Assembly: GCA_034505495.1 (NCBI GenBank)
Contig: JAPDQV010000014.1
Location: 4,967-68,966 of the forward strand
DNA: 64,000 nucleotides
Direction of reading: 5' to 3'
Source: Candidatus Zhuqueibacterota bacterium
Lineage (GTDB): Bacteria > Zhuqueibacterota > Zhuqueibacteria > Residuimicrobiales > Krinioviventaceae
A program made the translations under genes and the position numbers. The notes under the pieces were generated by a model, which saw only the letters and a program-made list of their open reading frames with translations, did no database searches and was not told the origin of the DNA. Position 1 is the first letter of the stretch; each line of letters begins with the position of its first letter. Positions 6,600 to 16,456 of the stretch are shown here, piece by piece.

Positions 6600-7808
6600 T
6601 CAGGCGTTGGAAGCGGTTTGCCGCGGTACTATTTGCACCCAGCCCAGCAGAGAGGTCGGCCTGCCGTCGGCGCCTATGACGACGCGCCGCGTTTTGGGGA
6701 ACTCGCCGATCCGGATTTTGCCGTAGCGATTCGGCCAGGCCTTTTTTAGGCCTTGTTGAATGGAGTTTTTATAAAGCTCCTCATTTTTTTGCGCCAAGAG
6801 CAGATTGATCGTCGTACTCAAAAAGCCCTGACCCATGCCGAGGCGCAGAAACGGCGTCTGCGGGGTGTTTTCCTTTTTCAGGTTTTCGATAAGCGCAGTT
6901 ATCTCTTCCTTATCTTTGAAAAATTCACTTTCTTCTTCCAAAACGTCTTTGGCGCGCTCATGGCAGACCGTCAAAAAATGATCCAAGCTCCAATCATCGA
7001 ACCGCTGCAAACCCAATTCCCCGCGATATTTTTCCTTGATGTCAAAGAACGTGACATAAAGGGTTATTTCGGCGTTCGGAGCGATGCATTCCAGCCAGAC
7101 GCGCGTATTGGGGTTTTCGAGATCGGATTGCGTCATCTCGAGGCGCATATATTGCGGTTTGGCGTAGGTGTCTTGAAACTGAAAGAAACGCAACACATCG
7201 AATTTGGCGTCGCTATTTTTTCCCCGAAAGGCCGAGTTTTCCAGCTTTTCAGAAATCTTTTCGAATTTTTTCTCAATTTTACGATTGTTAAAGTCGGTAC
7301 TGTTTTCCATCAATTTTTGCAACTCTTGCAGGGATGCTTGGTACTCGTTAAACAATTTAGTCTCATTTTTTAACAAGTAATGCAGATATGCCGTGCGGAA
7401 GGCGCCTTTGATTTCGGAACCGGGGATGCAGGGCGAATGGCCTATCCTTTTAATGCAGGCGTGAAAGCCCAACCGTTCCGGGGGGTGGGTAAAGGAGAGC
7501 TGGTATTGACGAGTTTTGGCAATAAACTGCTCGTCGGCACTCAGCAGGTTCTGATTCTCGAAAAATTGGTTGAGGCTGAACTCGGTATCCCTTTTCTTGG
7601 CGTGCATCAACGATTCCAGATACTCCAGCAGCGCATCTTTTTGAGTTTTATTCAGCCTTTCCATTAGCTTTGAGAAATTCAAAACATGGAGCTTTTTATT
7701 CTCTCTGTCGATATAATAGGCAACCGGCTTGACCTGTTCGCCGCTGCCGACAAACACCGGCGTCAAAGTGCGCAGCCTAAAAGATTTTTTCTCCGGTTTG
7801 ACAGTCAT
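6600..7808 (-). CDS. csm5: Csm5 (type III-A RAMP, Cas7 family)
   Basis: The ORF track extends to 8057, but the first 83 codons overlap csm4 in another frame. The ATG at complement(7806..7808) forms an ATGA overlap with the csm4 stop. Motifs: MTVKPEKKSFRLRTLTPVFVGSGE, CIPGSEIKGAFRTAYL, FLRLGMGQGF. Confidence 0.85.
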   Translation of the reverse strand: MTVKPEKKSFRLRTLTPVFVGSGEQVKPVAYYIDRENKKLHVLNFSKLMERLNKTQKDALLEYLESLMHAKKRDTEFSLNQFFENQNLLSADEQFIAKTRQYQLSFTHPPERLGFHACIKRIGHSPCIPGSEIKGAFRTAYLHYLLKNETKLFNEYQASLQELQKLMENSTDFNNRKIEKKFEKISEKLENSAFRGKNSDAKFDVLRFFQFQDTYAKPQYMRLEMTQSDLENPNTRVWLECIAPNAEITLYVTFFDIKEKYRGELGLQRFDDWSLDHFLTVCHERAKDVLEEESEFFKDKEEITALIENLKKENTPQTPFLRLGMGQGFLSTTINLLLAQKNEELYKNSIQQGLKKAWPNRYGKIRIGEFPKTRRVVIGADGRPTSLLGWVQIVPRQTASNA

Positions 7809-8890
7809 GCTCTTCCTCCTATTGCAGCTTTGACGGCGATCGCCGTTCCGGCGTGGTAGACGGAGCGATCTTCTTGTACATCGACCTGAATCAGGCGGCC
7901 GTAGAAAGGCTTTTGGGACTGCGGTAGGGGGAATACCGAACCTTCGGCAAACAGACGGACGCCCCGCTCGCGGTAAGGATGCTGCGAAGCGGAAAAGCGG
8001 TTTTCCACTTTGCCGCGGTGACCGACCAAATGATAGAAAATCGGCTTGGCCGACCAATCGATTTCATCGTGCGCCGGCAGATAACGGGACAGCATGACGA
8101 CGGCATCGGCGCGCTCAACCGCAGGCAATTCAAACGGCTCCGGCTCGCTGAAAGCAAATTGTCCTTTGCCGACGCTGCGGTCGCCGCCCAAACCGGTGTC
8201 CTCGAGCCAGCGCAGCACCGGCCGCCAAAACGCCGCGTCCTCGGCATAGAACAGAAACCATAAGCCGGTGTGCTCTGCAAAAGATACCCCTGTGCGCATG
8301 AACAGTTGCCCTTCTGCGGTGGCCAGGCCGACTCGGTCGACGGCGTTGCCCTGCGCCATAACCTCTCGAATCTCCGGCGCCTTGAATGTCGCGGCTTCGT
8401 TTTTGCCCATCAAGATATTGCCGCAGAGCTGAAGATCCTTTTCCGTTTCTTCCGCATACAGAAGAGAGGCAAAAATTGACGGCCGCGTCAGTCGACCGGT
8501 AATGATCTCGGTAAAGAGCGAATGGGAGACGAACGCGAGTCGGTTCAGTTTTTTGTTCAACTCGACGATTTGGATGAGGGCCTGCTTTGGAGTCAGCTTC
8601 GGTTTTTTCTTTTGCAGCTCGGCGGTAAATTTTTGTATGTCGGGCGTCTGCAGCGGCGGCAGAATCGGCATGGGGAAAAACCTCAGCGTCTCTCGGCCGG
8701 CGAACGAGCAGGGAAAAGCCGAGCTGACCGCTACCGGCGGCGAGTCCGGCAGGCGTTTAAGCAGCTGCTCGAAATCGGGCGGCTTATGTATCCATCGTGC
8801 GCCCCATATCATCGCGCCGAAAAGGGTATCGGAGCGGATCGGCGAAGCAAAGGCGCAGCGCGGTCTAAGCGTAACGGCATACAGTCCCAT
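7805..8890 (-). CDS. csm4: Csm4 (type III-A RAMP, Cas5 family)
   Basis: 361 aa. MGLYAVTLRPRCAFASPIRSDTLFGAMIWG is the typical Csm4 N-terminus. The glycine loop is GLGGDRSVGKGQF. The gene lies between csm3 and csm5. Confidence 0.85.
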   Translation of the reverse strand: MGLYAVTLRPRCAFASPIRSDTLFGAMIWGARWIHKPPDFEQLLKRLPDSPPVAVSSAFPCSFAGRETLRFFPMPILPPLQTPDIQKFTAELQKKKPKLTPKQALIQIVELNKKLNRLAFVSHSLFTEIITGRLTRPSIFASLLYAEETEKDLQLCGNILMGKNEAATFKAPEIREVMAQGNAVDRVGLATAEGQLFMRTGVSFAEHTGLWFLFYAEDAAFWRPVLRWLEDTGLGGDRSVGKGQFAFSEPEPFELPAVERADAVVMLSRYLPAHDEIDWSAKPIFYHLVGHRGKVENRFSASQHPYRERGVRLFAEGSVFPLPQSQKPFYGRLIQVDVQEDRSVYHAGTAIAVKAAIGGRA

Positions 8891-8892
8891 AC

Positions 8893-9732
8893 TTAGGCTC
8901 CCTGCGCTTGTTTTTCGTGGTTAAAAAGCTTTTCGAAATTTGCTACGAAATCTTTGACGTCTTTGACTTCATTGAGCGAAACAGGTTTGCCGTTTTTGCC
9001 GTTACGATAATAATCCTCAACCGGCCGCCATTCGATGTAAAGATCTTCAAAATACACCCTGCCGCTGCCGCGGCTGCCGGCGCCGCCCAAATAGCTGTCC
9101 TCCAGCAGCGCCAGGCCGCTGAACAGCCGCTTGAGCAGAATTATATCGCTATCCTGATAAATATCTACCATCATTTCGACCTTAAAGGCGGCGCCGGCCG
9201 GCACGCGCTCCAACGGCCGCGGATTGGCGGCGGAGGTGACGCGGTCGAGCGCATTTTCGGTCTTGATTTCCGTATAGATGTTTTCGCCCAAATATTTTTC
9301 CAGATCGCTTTTGGTCAGATATTTTCTTTTTCCACCTGACGGGTTTTCTTCATCGATGAGGTAAGCGTCGTAAACGGTCAACCGCGAAGGACCGGCAACT
9401 TGGCGGATATTGGTGTCGGAGGACGAAACGCCGAACAAGCGGCACACTTCGCAATTACCGCAGTCGCAGGGCTGAAATTTGCCGGGGGTTTTAACATTGA
9501 ATTTCGGCCCATCTTCATGACTCCACTCCAAAAGATGGCGCAGTTTGCCTTTAAGGGAAGAGCCGGGGATGTAGGGTTCTTCGGTGATCGGGTGTTTGAT
9601 GACCGGATTGTCGACGCCGCCGATCTCGATGCCCTCGGAGGACCCGCCGATGTGCAGGCCGGTGAACACCACCATCCGCGCGCGGATATAGTATTTGCCT
9701 TTAAGTTTGAGATCCATAACAAGTCCTTTCAT
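8893..9732 (-). CDS. csm3: Csm3 (Cas7 backbone/target-RNA cleaving subunit)
   Basis: 279 aa. Motifs: FTGLHIGGSSEGIEIGGVDNPVIK, YIPGSSLKGKLRHLLE, Zn-knuckle CDCGNCEVCRLFG, LGGAGSRGSGRV. The ATG forms an ATGA overlap with the csm2 stop. Confidence 0.9.
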   Translation of the reverse strand: MKGLVMDLKLKGKYYIRARMVVFTGLHIGGSSEGIEIGGVDNPVIKHPITEEPYIPGSSLKGKLRHLLEWSHEDGPKFNVKTPGKFQPCDCGNCEVCRLFGVSSSDTNIRQVAGPSRLTVYDAYLIDEENPSGGKRKYLTKSDLEKYLGENIYTEIKTENALDRVTSAANPRPLERVPAGAAFKVEMMVDIYQDSDIILLKRLFSGLALLEDSYLGGAGSRGSGRVYFEDLYIEWRPVEDYYRNGKNGKPVSLNEVKDVKDFVANFEKLFNHEKQAQGA

Positions 9733-10232
9733 CTTCTTTGGTTACGATATTTGTGGAAAGCCAAAACAGCCGTCAAAAAGTCCATGAAGCGCAGAAAATC
9801 CGCATTGGTTTGCAAAAGTTGCGCGTCGAAACACGTTTTGAAAAGTTTATAAAACTTTTCGGGAATGAGCTCTCTGCCCACGGCATAGGCCAATTCCGGC
9901 AGCAACAGAGCGACTGTTTCCCGATTAAAAAGATGGTTGGGGTCTTCTTTCTCGACTTTTCTCTGAACGGCCTTTAAACTGTGAAAGACTTTGCGCAGTT
10001 GAGTGGGCTTGAGCTTGTCTTTGAATTTCTCTGCAATGCAGTCCGCCCAGCCGTTTTCTTCGGCAAACTGGGAGACGGATACGTCTTTGAATGTTTTCTT
10101 TTCAGCTTTTAAATTGTTGATATCCTTTATGATGCTGTCTATTATTTGTTCATCTTTTTGCTTCCCTTCTGCCTGCCCTCTTTGATTAGGAAAGCTTTTT
10201 CCACCATATGTAACTGCACCTGGTCCATTCAT
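9729..10232 (-). CDS. csm2: Csm2 (Cas11 small subunit, type III-A)
   Basis: 167-aa helical protein between cas10 and csm3. Motifs: KPTQLRKVFHSLKAV and LLLPELAYAVGRE. It has ATGA start/stop overlaps with both neighbours. Confidence 0.75.
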   Translation of the reverse strand: MNGPGAVTYGGKSFPNQRGQAEGKQKDEQIIDSIIKDINNLKAEKKTFKDVSVSQFAEENGWADCIAEKFKDKLKPTQLRKVFHSLKAVQRKVEKEDPNHLFNRETVALLLPELAYAVGRELIPEKFYKLFKTCFDAQLLQTNADFLRFMDFLTAVLAFHKYRNQRR

Positions 10233-12658
10233 TTTCTTTTCTCCCTGTTTTTTAAACCGGCATACGACGCGGGCACAATCATGGCCTTCATGGCCTGACG
10301 CACGGATTCGATCAGATTCAGTCGCTCATCCTCAAGCACCTCCTTTCGAATTCTTCGCGATAATGCATAATAGGCTTTGGGGATCCACATCGGGTTTTCA
10401 CGGCCGTTGCGGAAATGCTGCAGATGCAGCCGATGCAAAAGATAGACGATCGAGCGCGGCACGGAGCGGCTCCGCACGGCTTCCGCCAGGCGAATGCCGA
10501 AATCGATCAGATCGGCAAACTCGTCCCATTCCAGCACCTTGCCGAAAATAGATACATGATTGCGGGTCCGGCCTTTGACCTCCGTTTCTTTGGCCTGATG
10601 TAGGGCGCGGTCGGCAAGCTCGGCAAAGCGCTGAATCGGATAGTTCGGCTTGACCAGAACGATTCCGGCGGACAAGTGCAGATTGGGATTGCCGCCCGCA
10701 AAGCGCTGGAACTCGTTGCGGATGCGCAAAGCCAAATGCAGCGTCTGCTCCCACGGCCCGATGACCAGCAGGTCGTCGCCGCCGGAGTAAACCAGGTAAA
10801 ACAGGCTTTCGAGCAGGCCGCGCCGCGGATCGTTCTCCTCAAGGCTGCTTTCCCATGTTCGGGTTTGCTCCCGACAGATTTCGTTGAGCCAACCGGCGAA
10901 AAAGAAATCGAACTGACTGCTCAGCGCCGCCAAGCGGGAAATGGTCGGTCGGTCGAAACCGGCGCTGAACAAGAGTCCCAAGCGATCCACGTCCATCTTT
11001 AACACGCCGAGGTAATCGGCACCTTCGCCTAGGGAGGCTATTTCCTCAAATTCCAGCATCTCATCGCGATGAAAGACCAGTTCCTGCTCGGATTGACGAA
11101 CCGATTTCTGCACGATCGGCGCCGCGCCGCCTAGGAACTGAAATCCGTAAGAGATATTTGTCAGCGGAATTTCAAATTTGCCCGGCTTATTCAAAGACAA
11201 AACAAAAAGTTCTCCCTCGGCGTCACGAACAAAAGCAGCGTATTGCTTTTCGTCAAGCAGATAAGCGGTCGATCTCTCTTCAGGCAGGTCAAAGTCAATT
11301 GCATTAAATCCGGCTAACGGCTGTGAACCATATGTAAAGATCAAATAACCATCGTTGACCCGCGGAATCCAACCGCCGATTTCTTTGTGAGTTTCGCAAT
11401 CTCGACAGGGCTTTCTCTGATTTCCCTGCAGGACAGCCGGATGAATGCCGCAAATCGGGCAGAGCTCCTGCATGGCGTCGATTGTGAAAACCTGGGGTTT
11501 TTTCGCTAAAAGCGGCAGGTATTTTTGCAGCTTTTTTTCCGACAATCTGTCGTCGATTTTGCGATAGACCGTTGCAAACCGTTCCGACTGCACAAAGTCG
11601 GCGACGGCTATCTCCACCCAGGCCGTCACCAAACCGATCTCGCCGCTGTAGGTGTTCAGCAAATATTCCTGCAGCATCTCTTCATATTCGACAAGCCGTT
11701 GCCGGACGTCCTCCGTGTTCGGCAACAGCAAATCGAAATTGCCGCCGCCGCAATAAAGAATATTGGTGATCGGCAGGTCGAATCGGCGACGAAACCATTC
11801 CGCCAACGTCTGATTGAGCAATGACAAATAGAAAGAGCGGCCTCGGAGACGTTTGGCCGTGCCTTTCGTCTCATCGCCCCTGGTGATGCGATAAATCCAT
11901 GCCTGGATGCCGGAAAGATCGCCGCGCAGGAGCAGACAAGGTTTGCTTTCCGGAGGTGTGTAGCTGCGCAGATTATTGAGGATATCTGCGAAAAGGTTTG
12001 CAGACCAGTCAAGATCGACCAGGCAGGCGGCAATAGCCGCCGTCATTCGGCTGTGATCAAAGAGGGACACATCCGGTATGGTGCGCAGTTCATCCTTTTC
12101 CCACGGCGTAGCGCCGGGCATAAAGGAGGTATACACTTTTAATAGATAAAATAGCGTGGTCAGGTCGGCAGATTGGTAGGTGCGGCCGGTCGTGATCTTT
12201 TGCAAAGACTGCATGAATTCATTCCACAAATCGACATAGCTGCCTTCGGCCAGCTGAGGCTGATCTATGGGAAAAACCGTGTCCGCAAGCTCGAGTTTTT
12301 GCAGTTGATGATATTTTTCTTCTACCTGATCGTTTTCCAAACGTACTCGCGAAACGGCAGCCGTCAAAGCCGACAAGTGGGGCGATAGTTGATCACGTTC
12401 TTCCTTTTCCCGTTCTCCGGCAGCCAGCCAATCGGCCAACTGGACGATGAGGGCAGCCGGGTCATTTCCCGTTTGATGGTGATGCAGCGTCAATCGAATC
12501 AATTCATCCGCCCGTTCGCCCCAGTATGGCCGGGAAGAACGGAAAAAGGCCTCGGTGAGTTGTTCGTGTTTCATTTTCATTTCGCTGAGGTAACGCTGCG
12601 AAAGCTTGCCGATATCGTGCAGCAGTGCCGCCAGGATGATGGTTTCCTTATCAGTCAT
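10229..12658 (-). CDS. cas10: Cas10/Csm1 with intact HD nuclease and GGDD cyclase motifs
   Basis: 809 aa. N-terminal HD domain (IILAALLHDIGK), Zn ribbon (CPICGIHP...CRDCETH) and Palm/cyclase motif (LVYSGGDDLLVIGPWE). Confidence 0.92.
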   Translation of the reverse strand: MTDKETIILAALLHDIGKLSQRYLSEMKMKHEQLTEAFFRSSRPYWGERADELIRLTLHHHQTGNDPAALIVQLADWLAAGEREKEERDQLSPHLSALTAAVSRVRLENDQVEEKYHQLQKLELADTVFPIDQPQLAEGSYVDLWNEFMQSLQKITTGRTYQSADLTTLFYLLKVYTSFMPGATPWEKDELRTIPDVSLFDHSRMTAAIAACLVDLDWSANLFADILNNLRSYTPPESKPCLLLRGDLSGIQAWIYRITRGDETKGTAKRLRGRSFYLSLLNQTLAEWFRRRFDLPITNILYCGGGNFDLLLPNTEDVRQRLVEYEEMLQEYLLNTYSGEIGLVTAWVEIAVADFVQSERFATVYRKIDDRLSEKKLQKYLPLLAKKPQVFTIDAMQELCPICGIHPAVLQGNQRKPCRDCETHKEIGGWIPRVNDGYLIFTYGSQPLAGFNAIDFDLPEERSTAYLLDEKQYAAFVRDAEGELFVLSLNKPGKFEIPLTNISYGFQFLGGAAPIVQKSVRQSEQELVFHRDEMLEFEEIASLGEGADYLGVLKMDVDRLGLLFSAGFDRPTISRLAALSSQFDFFFAGWLNEICREQTRTWESSLEENDPRRGLLESLFYLVYSGGDDLLVIGPWEQTLHLALRIRNEFQRFAGGNPNLHLSAGIVLVKPNYPIQRFAELADRALHQAKETEVKGRTRNHVSIFGKVLEWDEFADLIDFGIRLAEAVRSRSVPRSIVYLLHRLHLQHFRNGRENPMWIPKAYYALSRRIRKEVLEDERLNLIESVRQAMKAMIVPASYAGLKNREKRK

Positions 12659-13041
12659 GGCTTCCTCATGGGTTTCATCTTTTGCCGGTTTGTAACGGAA
12701 TAATTGGAAAACAAACCTGCCGACAGTTTTGAGCGGATGGACGCTGAGCAGGCTGCGGCAGGCATTGTGAAGGCAGGATTCAAAAAATTGCTAAAACGTG
12801 TAGCACGGCGATGCAGCAATCCGCCGGATTTCTGCCGACGAGACTGAACGATTTCGACGGTTCGAATTAAGGCGATTCCCTCCCCAAAGCTAAATTAAAT
12901 TAGCGAATTTTATTTCATTGTCAACTAAAAAATCTCGCCGCAGAGAAAAAAGGGGGGATGGAGTCGGGCGCTCGCAGCGCTTTTAGAGGAATAAAACCGT
13001 GTCCTGCAGGTTGCGGTAAATCTGATGGGGAGCTGAGGCAC

Positions 13042-14646
13042 TCATCGGTACTTGTACAGGCGGAAACGTTGGGCGCTCATTTTGCCCGGCTCTAAACGAA
13101 TGTGTCGGCCCTGGTGCGTCTGGTCGCCGTTGAGCCGACGAATCGGCTGGGGGGCGCCGCCGACAAAGCGGACCTCCTGCGCCCACAATATGCCGGCGCG
13201 CTCGTCTTCGGGGCCGGCCGATTCGAAGGTAATCGTGAGCCCGGCGCCCGCGACAAGGAACTCGTTCCGAGACAAGACCCACAGCAGGCCGCCGCTGCGT
13301 TCCCAGGATTCTCGGTCGTACTGAACGTTGACGACAAAATCGCCGGCAATCAGCCGCTGCGGTTGGCGTTGTTCCGGCCCTTTGGAAAGCAGTCCGAAGG
13401 ACAGAGCGCCCGGGTAACCTTCGAGAAGGAACGGCGCCATGCCGGCGAGCAGACCGTAGGCGTCGGCCAGCGCGGCTCGCGTTTCCGCATCGATCGACTC
13501 GATGGCGAAGGGGCTGAATCCCATAGCCTTATGCTGCCCGAAGGCGTAAAGGGCCTGGACGCCGTTGTTCGGACCTGGTTGGATTTCGGGAATGAACAGC
13601 GGGTTGTCGGGACGGCGGTATTGGGCCGTCCAATCGGTAAAGTCGCCGAAATAGATGTCCGGAGCCGCAAAATCGATGTGCGGCGCCGCCGCCTTCCAGA
13701 TCTCCAGGTTGTGCGGCAGCGGTCCGCCGCTTGCATATTGGCCGGGCTGATAGCCGGGACGAATGAGCGCGGCGTTGACAAACATCGGCAGAGGGTATTC
13801 GGCCTTGCCGCGCTCGGCGACCTGATCGATGTAGCGCGCCAAGTGCCAAGCCATGAAAAAATCGTCGGTGAGCGGGGAAGGGCCGAATACCTCCGACCAA
13901 CTGCCGCTCGTGCGGAAGCCGCCGGAGGACCAGGCCTGCCGCAGCGTCGGGTGCAGACGCTCTTTTTCCTGCATCAGGCGGGTTATCAGTTCACTCGGTA
14001 CCGGCGCTTGAAAAAGGCTTTCGGCGACGACGCTGCGGTCGCGCGAGTCGGGGATGATGCCGACTTCATTCTCCACCTGTACCAGGATGACGGTATGCGC
14101 GACGCCGTCGACTTGGCGGAGGTGCCGCATGAGCGCTGCAAAGGCGCGCGCATCGGCCTCCAGATTTGCGCGGCTGAACGGTGAAAGGATTTCCATCCCG
14201 CGGCCGGATTTGTCCTGGGCGCGCGGAAAGCGCTGCGTATCGATTTTGACCCAGGAAGGGACGTAGCATGACATGCAGTTTTTCCACGAGCCGAACCAGA
14301 GGAGAACCAGCCGAATGTTGGCCTTGCGCGCATCCGCGATCAAGCCGTCGACGAGGCCAAAGTCGAATTGCCCCTCGGTCGGTTCGATCATCTCCCAGTA
14401 AACCGGGGTCAGCAGCGTGTTGAGGTTGAGCGCAGCCAGATTCGGCCAATGAGGATGCAGATAGTCCGGAAACGCGGACGAGTTGCCGATTTCGCCGGCG
14501 AGCATGAGAAAGGGTTTGCCGTCGACGATCAGCCTGCTTGTGTTTCCGTCATTTTGCAGGTAGGGCAGCGGCGATTTGCAAAAGCCGGACAGTATCGGCA
14601 GAATCACTTGCCATAGGATTAATAAAATTTTCGTTTTACTGATCAT
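13042..14646 (-). CDS. Secreted clan GH-A glycoside hydrolase, GH35-like beta-galactosidase family (DUF5597-type C-terminus)
   Basis: 534 aa with a signal peptide. Motifs: VDGKPFLMLAGEIGNSS, NTLLTPVYWEMIEPTEGQFDF, LLWFGSWKNCMSCYVPSWVK, VILVQVENEVGI (acid/base NE motif). Confidence 0.65.
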   Translation of the reverse strand: MISKTKILLILWQVILPILSGFCKSPLPYLQNDGNTSRLIVDGKPFLMLAGEIGNSSAFPDYLHPHWPNLAALNLNTLLTPVYWEMIEPTEGQFDFGLVDGLIADARKANIRLVLLWFGSWKNCMSCYVPSWVKIDTQRFPRAQDKSGRGMEILSPFSRANLEADARAFAALMRHLRQVDGVAHTVILVQVENEVGIIPDSRDRSVVAESLFQAPVPSELITRLMQEKERLHPTLRQAWSSGGFRTSGSWSEVFGPSPLTDDFFMAWHLARYIDQVAERGKAEYPLPMFVNAALIRPGYQPGQYASGGPLPHNLEIWKAAAPHIDFAAPDIYFGDFTDWTAQYRRPDNPLFIPEIQPGPNNGVQALYAFGQHKAMGFSPFAIESIDAETRAALADAYGLLAGMAPFLLEGYPGALSFGLLSKGPEQRQPQRLIAGDFVVNVQYDRESWERSGGLLWVLSRNEFLVAGAGLTITFESAGPEDERAGILWAQEVRFVGGAPQPIRRLNGDQTHQGRHIRLEPGKMSAQRFRLYKYR

Positions 14647-14806
14647 TCAGTTAAACCGGGGAGATGCCTGCAACGATTTTATTTGATGAACTTTGAGTAA
14701 CAGTCAGCAAGCCGCTTTTCCCACCCTGGAGGGGGAATTGGCGGTCAAACGCCGCCGTTCAAAATGCCCTGCATCGGTTGAAACCGATGCAGGGCATCGT
14801 TTACGG

Positions 14807-16456
14807 TTATTTCAGGAGCGTCAGTTTGCGGCTCAACACCTCGGATCCCGCCTTAAGCTGATAGAGATAGATGCCGCTGCTCAAATCGGATGCATCGATC
14901 ATGATGCGGTGTTCGCCGGCGGCACGCAGGTCGTGCAGAAGGTTTTTGACCAGGCGGCCGTCGACGGAATAGAGATCCAACCTCACCCATTCTTCCCGCG
15001 GCAAACTAAAGCGGATTTGGGTGGAGGCGTTGAAAGGATTGGGATAGTTTTGCGCAAGCTCCACAGTCGAAGGGAGAAGAACCGGTTTTTGTTTTACGGC
15101 CGCCATTTTTCCGGCCAAAACCGCATTGCCGAACAAAGTCGAATTGCGCCAAGAGTCGTTGTCCGGAGACCACCAACGGGCCATGGTTTCCCGGAATCTC
15201 TGCGAATCGCCGTCGTTGTCGTTGACCTGGATCTCAAAGCCGAACTCGTGGCCTTCCGCCGGATCGATATCGTGCAGGTCGCTGAACGGGATAGCGATTT
15301 CGAACGCCCAACCGTATTCGGTATCGGCAAAAGCGTGTTTGCTGTTGGGATAGTTACTGGCGACCGTATTGTCGTGCAGGATCCACCGCGTTTGTTTGTC
15401 GTTCTTGTCGTAGGTGCCGGACTTTTCATTGAGTCCGTCGAAATAGAGCTCGATGCCGTCTTTTTCCCAAGCCTGTCCGGTGGTGGTTTCCTGTACATCA
15501 TCGACGACGTCGATGTAGAGGTAAAAGTTTTCGTCATCCCAAGCCGCTTTAAAGTTCATCCAGAGGTCGTTCCAGTCGATCGGCTCCTGGTATTGATCCT
15601 CGGGAATCGTCACATAGGTGTTTTGCGAAACGGTGGGAATCGTATGCCAAATGTCGTCCAGTTTGCCGTCGATCACCGGCGGCTGGTCGATCCGGCGGAC
15701 GTCAAGTACGTCGGAAACGGTCCGTGCCGGATCCAAGACGGCGGAACCGTGATTGATGGTTTGCGTCCAGGGATTCAGTCCGGGATATTTCCAGCGGTAA
15801 TAGACCACCTCGCCCTCGCCGGGGCCGTCGTTATCGCCGGTCTGCGTTTCGAATCCGAAGACGCGACCGACTTCGATGTTGAGATCCGGGTAGGGAATCG
15901 CGACTTCCAGATTGTAGCCGTGCTCAGTCAGGGCAATGGCCCACTCGATGACCGAGGTATCGAACCCCCAGTTGGCGCCGCTGCTGCCGTAGCCGACGTC
16001 GATGACATTGTCCGCTTCGGCTTCGTCAAAGGTCCAGCGAAGCTGAATGTCGTCAACCCCGTCGTAGACGCCGGTGCCGCGGCTTTCGTCGCCGTCGAAA
16101 TAAAGCTCGACATTGTCGGCCTGCCAAGTCGCCTGGCCGGGATCTCGGTACAAAATATCATCCTGAACGCATACCCAGATGTAGAGCATGTTGTCTTTCC
16201 ATACCATTCGGTGCATGACATAAAAATCCCACCAGTCGAAAATCGGCTCGCGAACTCCTAAATAGCAGGCTGTATCCGGCGCAGCAAACACGTTCGAATA
16301 GACTTCAGGATCCATCAGTCCGTCGATGACCGGCGCTTTGGCGGCCTTTGGCACATGTAAAACACCATTCGCGTCGAACCAGCTCGGCGCCGCGTGGAGA
16401 GATCCCGCAAATGCAGCGGCAATTATTAATGCTGCAATGATTCCACCCTTCATCAT
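14807..16456 (-). CDS. Secreted protein with three CBM9-like carbohydrate-binding modules and a T9SS C-terminal sorting domain
   Basis: 549 aa with a signal peptide. Repeated motifs: PVIDG.(L/M)D... and D(N/G)(V/I)ELYFDG, EFGFEIQVNDNDG. The C-terminus LAQNYPNPFNASTQIRF...GIYLYQLKAG is a type A T9SS CTD. Confidence 0.75.
   Translation of the reverse strand: MMKGGIIAALIIAAAFAGSLHAAPSWFDANGVLHVPKAAKAPVIDGLMDPEVYSNVFAAPDTACYLGVREPIFDWWDFYVMHRMVWKDNMLYIWVCVQDDILYRDPGQATWQADNVELYFDGDESRGTGVYDGVDDIQLRWTFDEAEADNVIDVGYGSSGANWGFDTSVIEWAIALTEHGYNLEVAIPYPDLNIEVGRVFGFETQTGDNDGPGEGEVVYYRWKYPGLNPWTQTINHGSAVLDPARTVSDVLDVRRIDQPPVIDGKLDDIWHTIPTVSQNTYVTIPEDQYQEPIDWNDLWMNFKAAWDDENFYLYIDVVDDVQETTTGQAWEKDGIELYFDGLNEKSGTYDKNDKQTRWILHDNTVASNYPNSKHAFADTEYGWAFEIAIPFSDLHDIDPAEGHEFGFEIQVNDNDGDSQRFRETMARWWSPDNDSWRNSTLFGNAVLAGKMAAVKQKPVLLPSTVELAQNYPNPFNASTQIRFSLPREEWVRLDLYSVDGRLVKNLLHDLRAAGEHRIMIDASDLSSGIYLYQLKAGSEVLSRKLTLLK

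Noticed and set aside
6349-6726. 125-aa plus-strand ORF in the csm5-crn2 gap
   Set aside because: It runs antisense into the 3' end of csm5 and has no recognisable motif, SD sequence or operon partner. It is probably spurious, and the gap is treated as non-coding.
7809-8057. 83-codon N-terminal extension of the csm5 ORF
   Set aside because: It overlaps csm4 in a different frame and is Arg/Pro-rich. The internal ATG at 7808 gives a canonical Csm5 N-terminus and an ATGA junction with csm4.
14693-16261. 522-aa plus-strand ORF
   Set aside because: It is antisense to the CBM9/T9SS protein gene, whose repeats and CTD are clear. The plus-strand product is low-complexity (Val/Gly/Asp/Arg).
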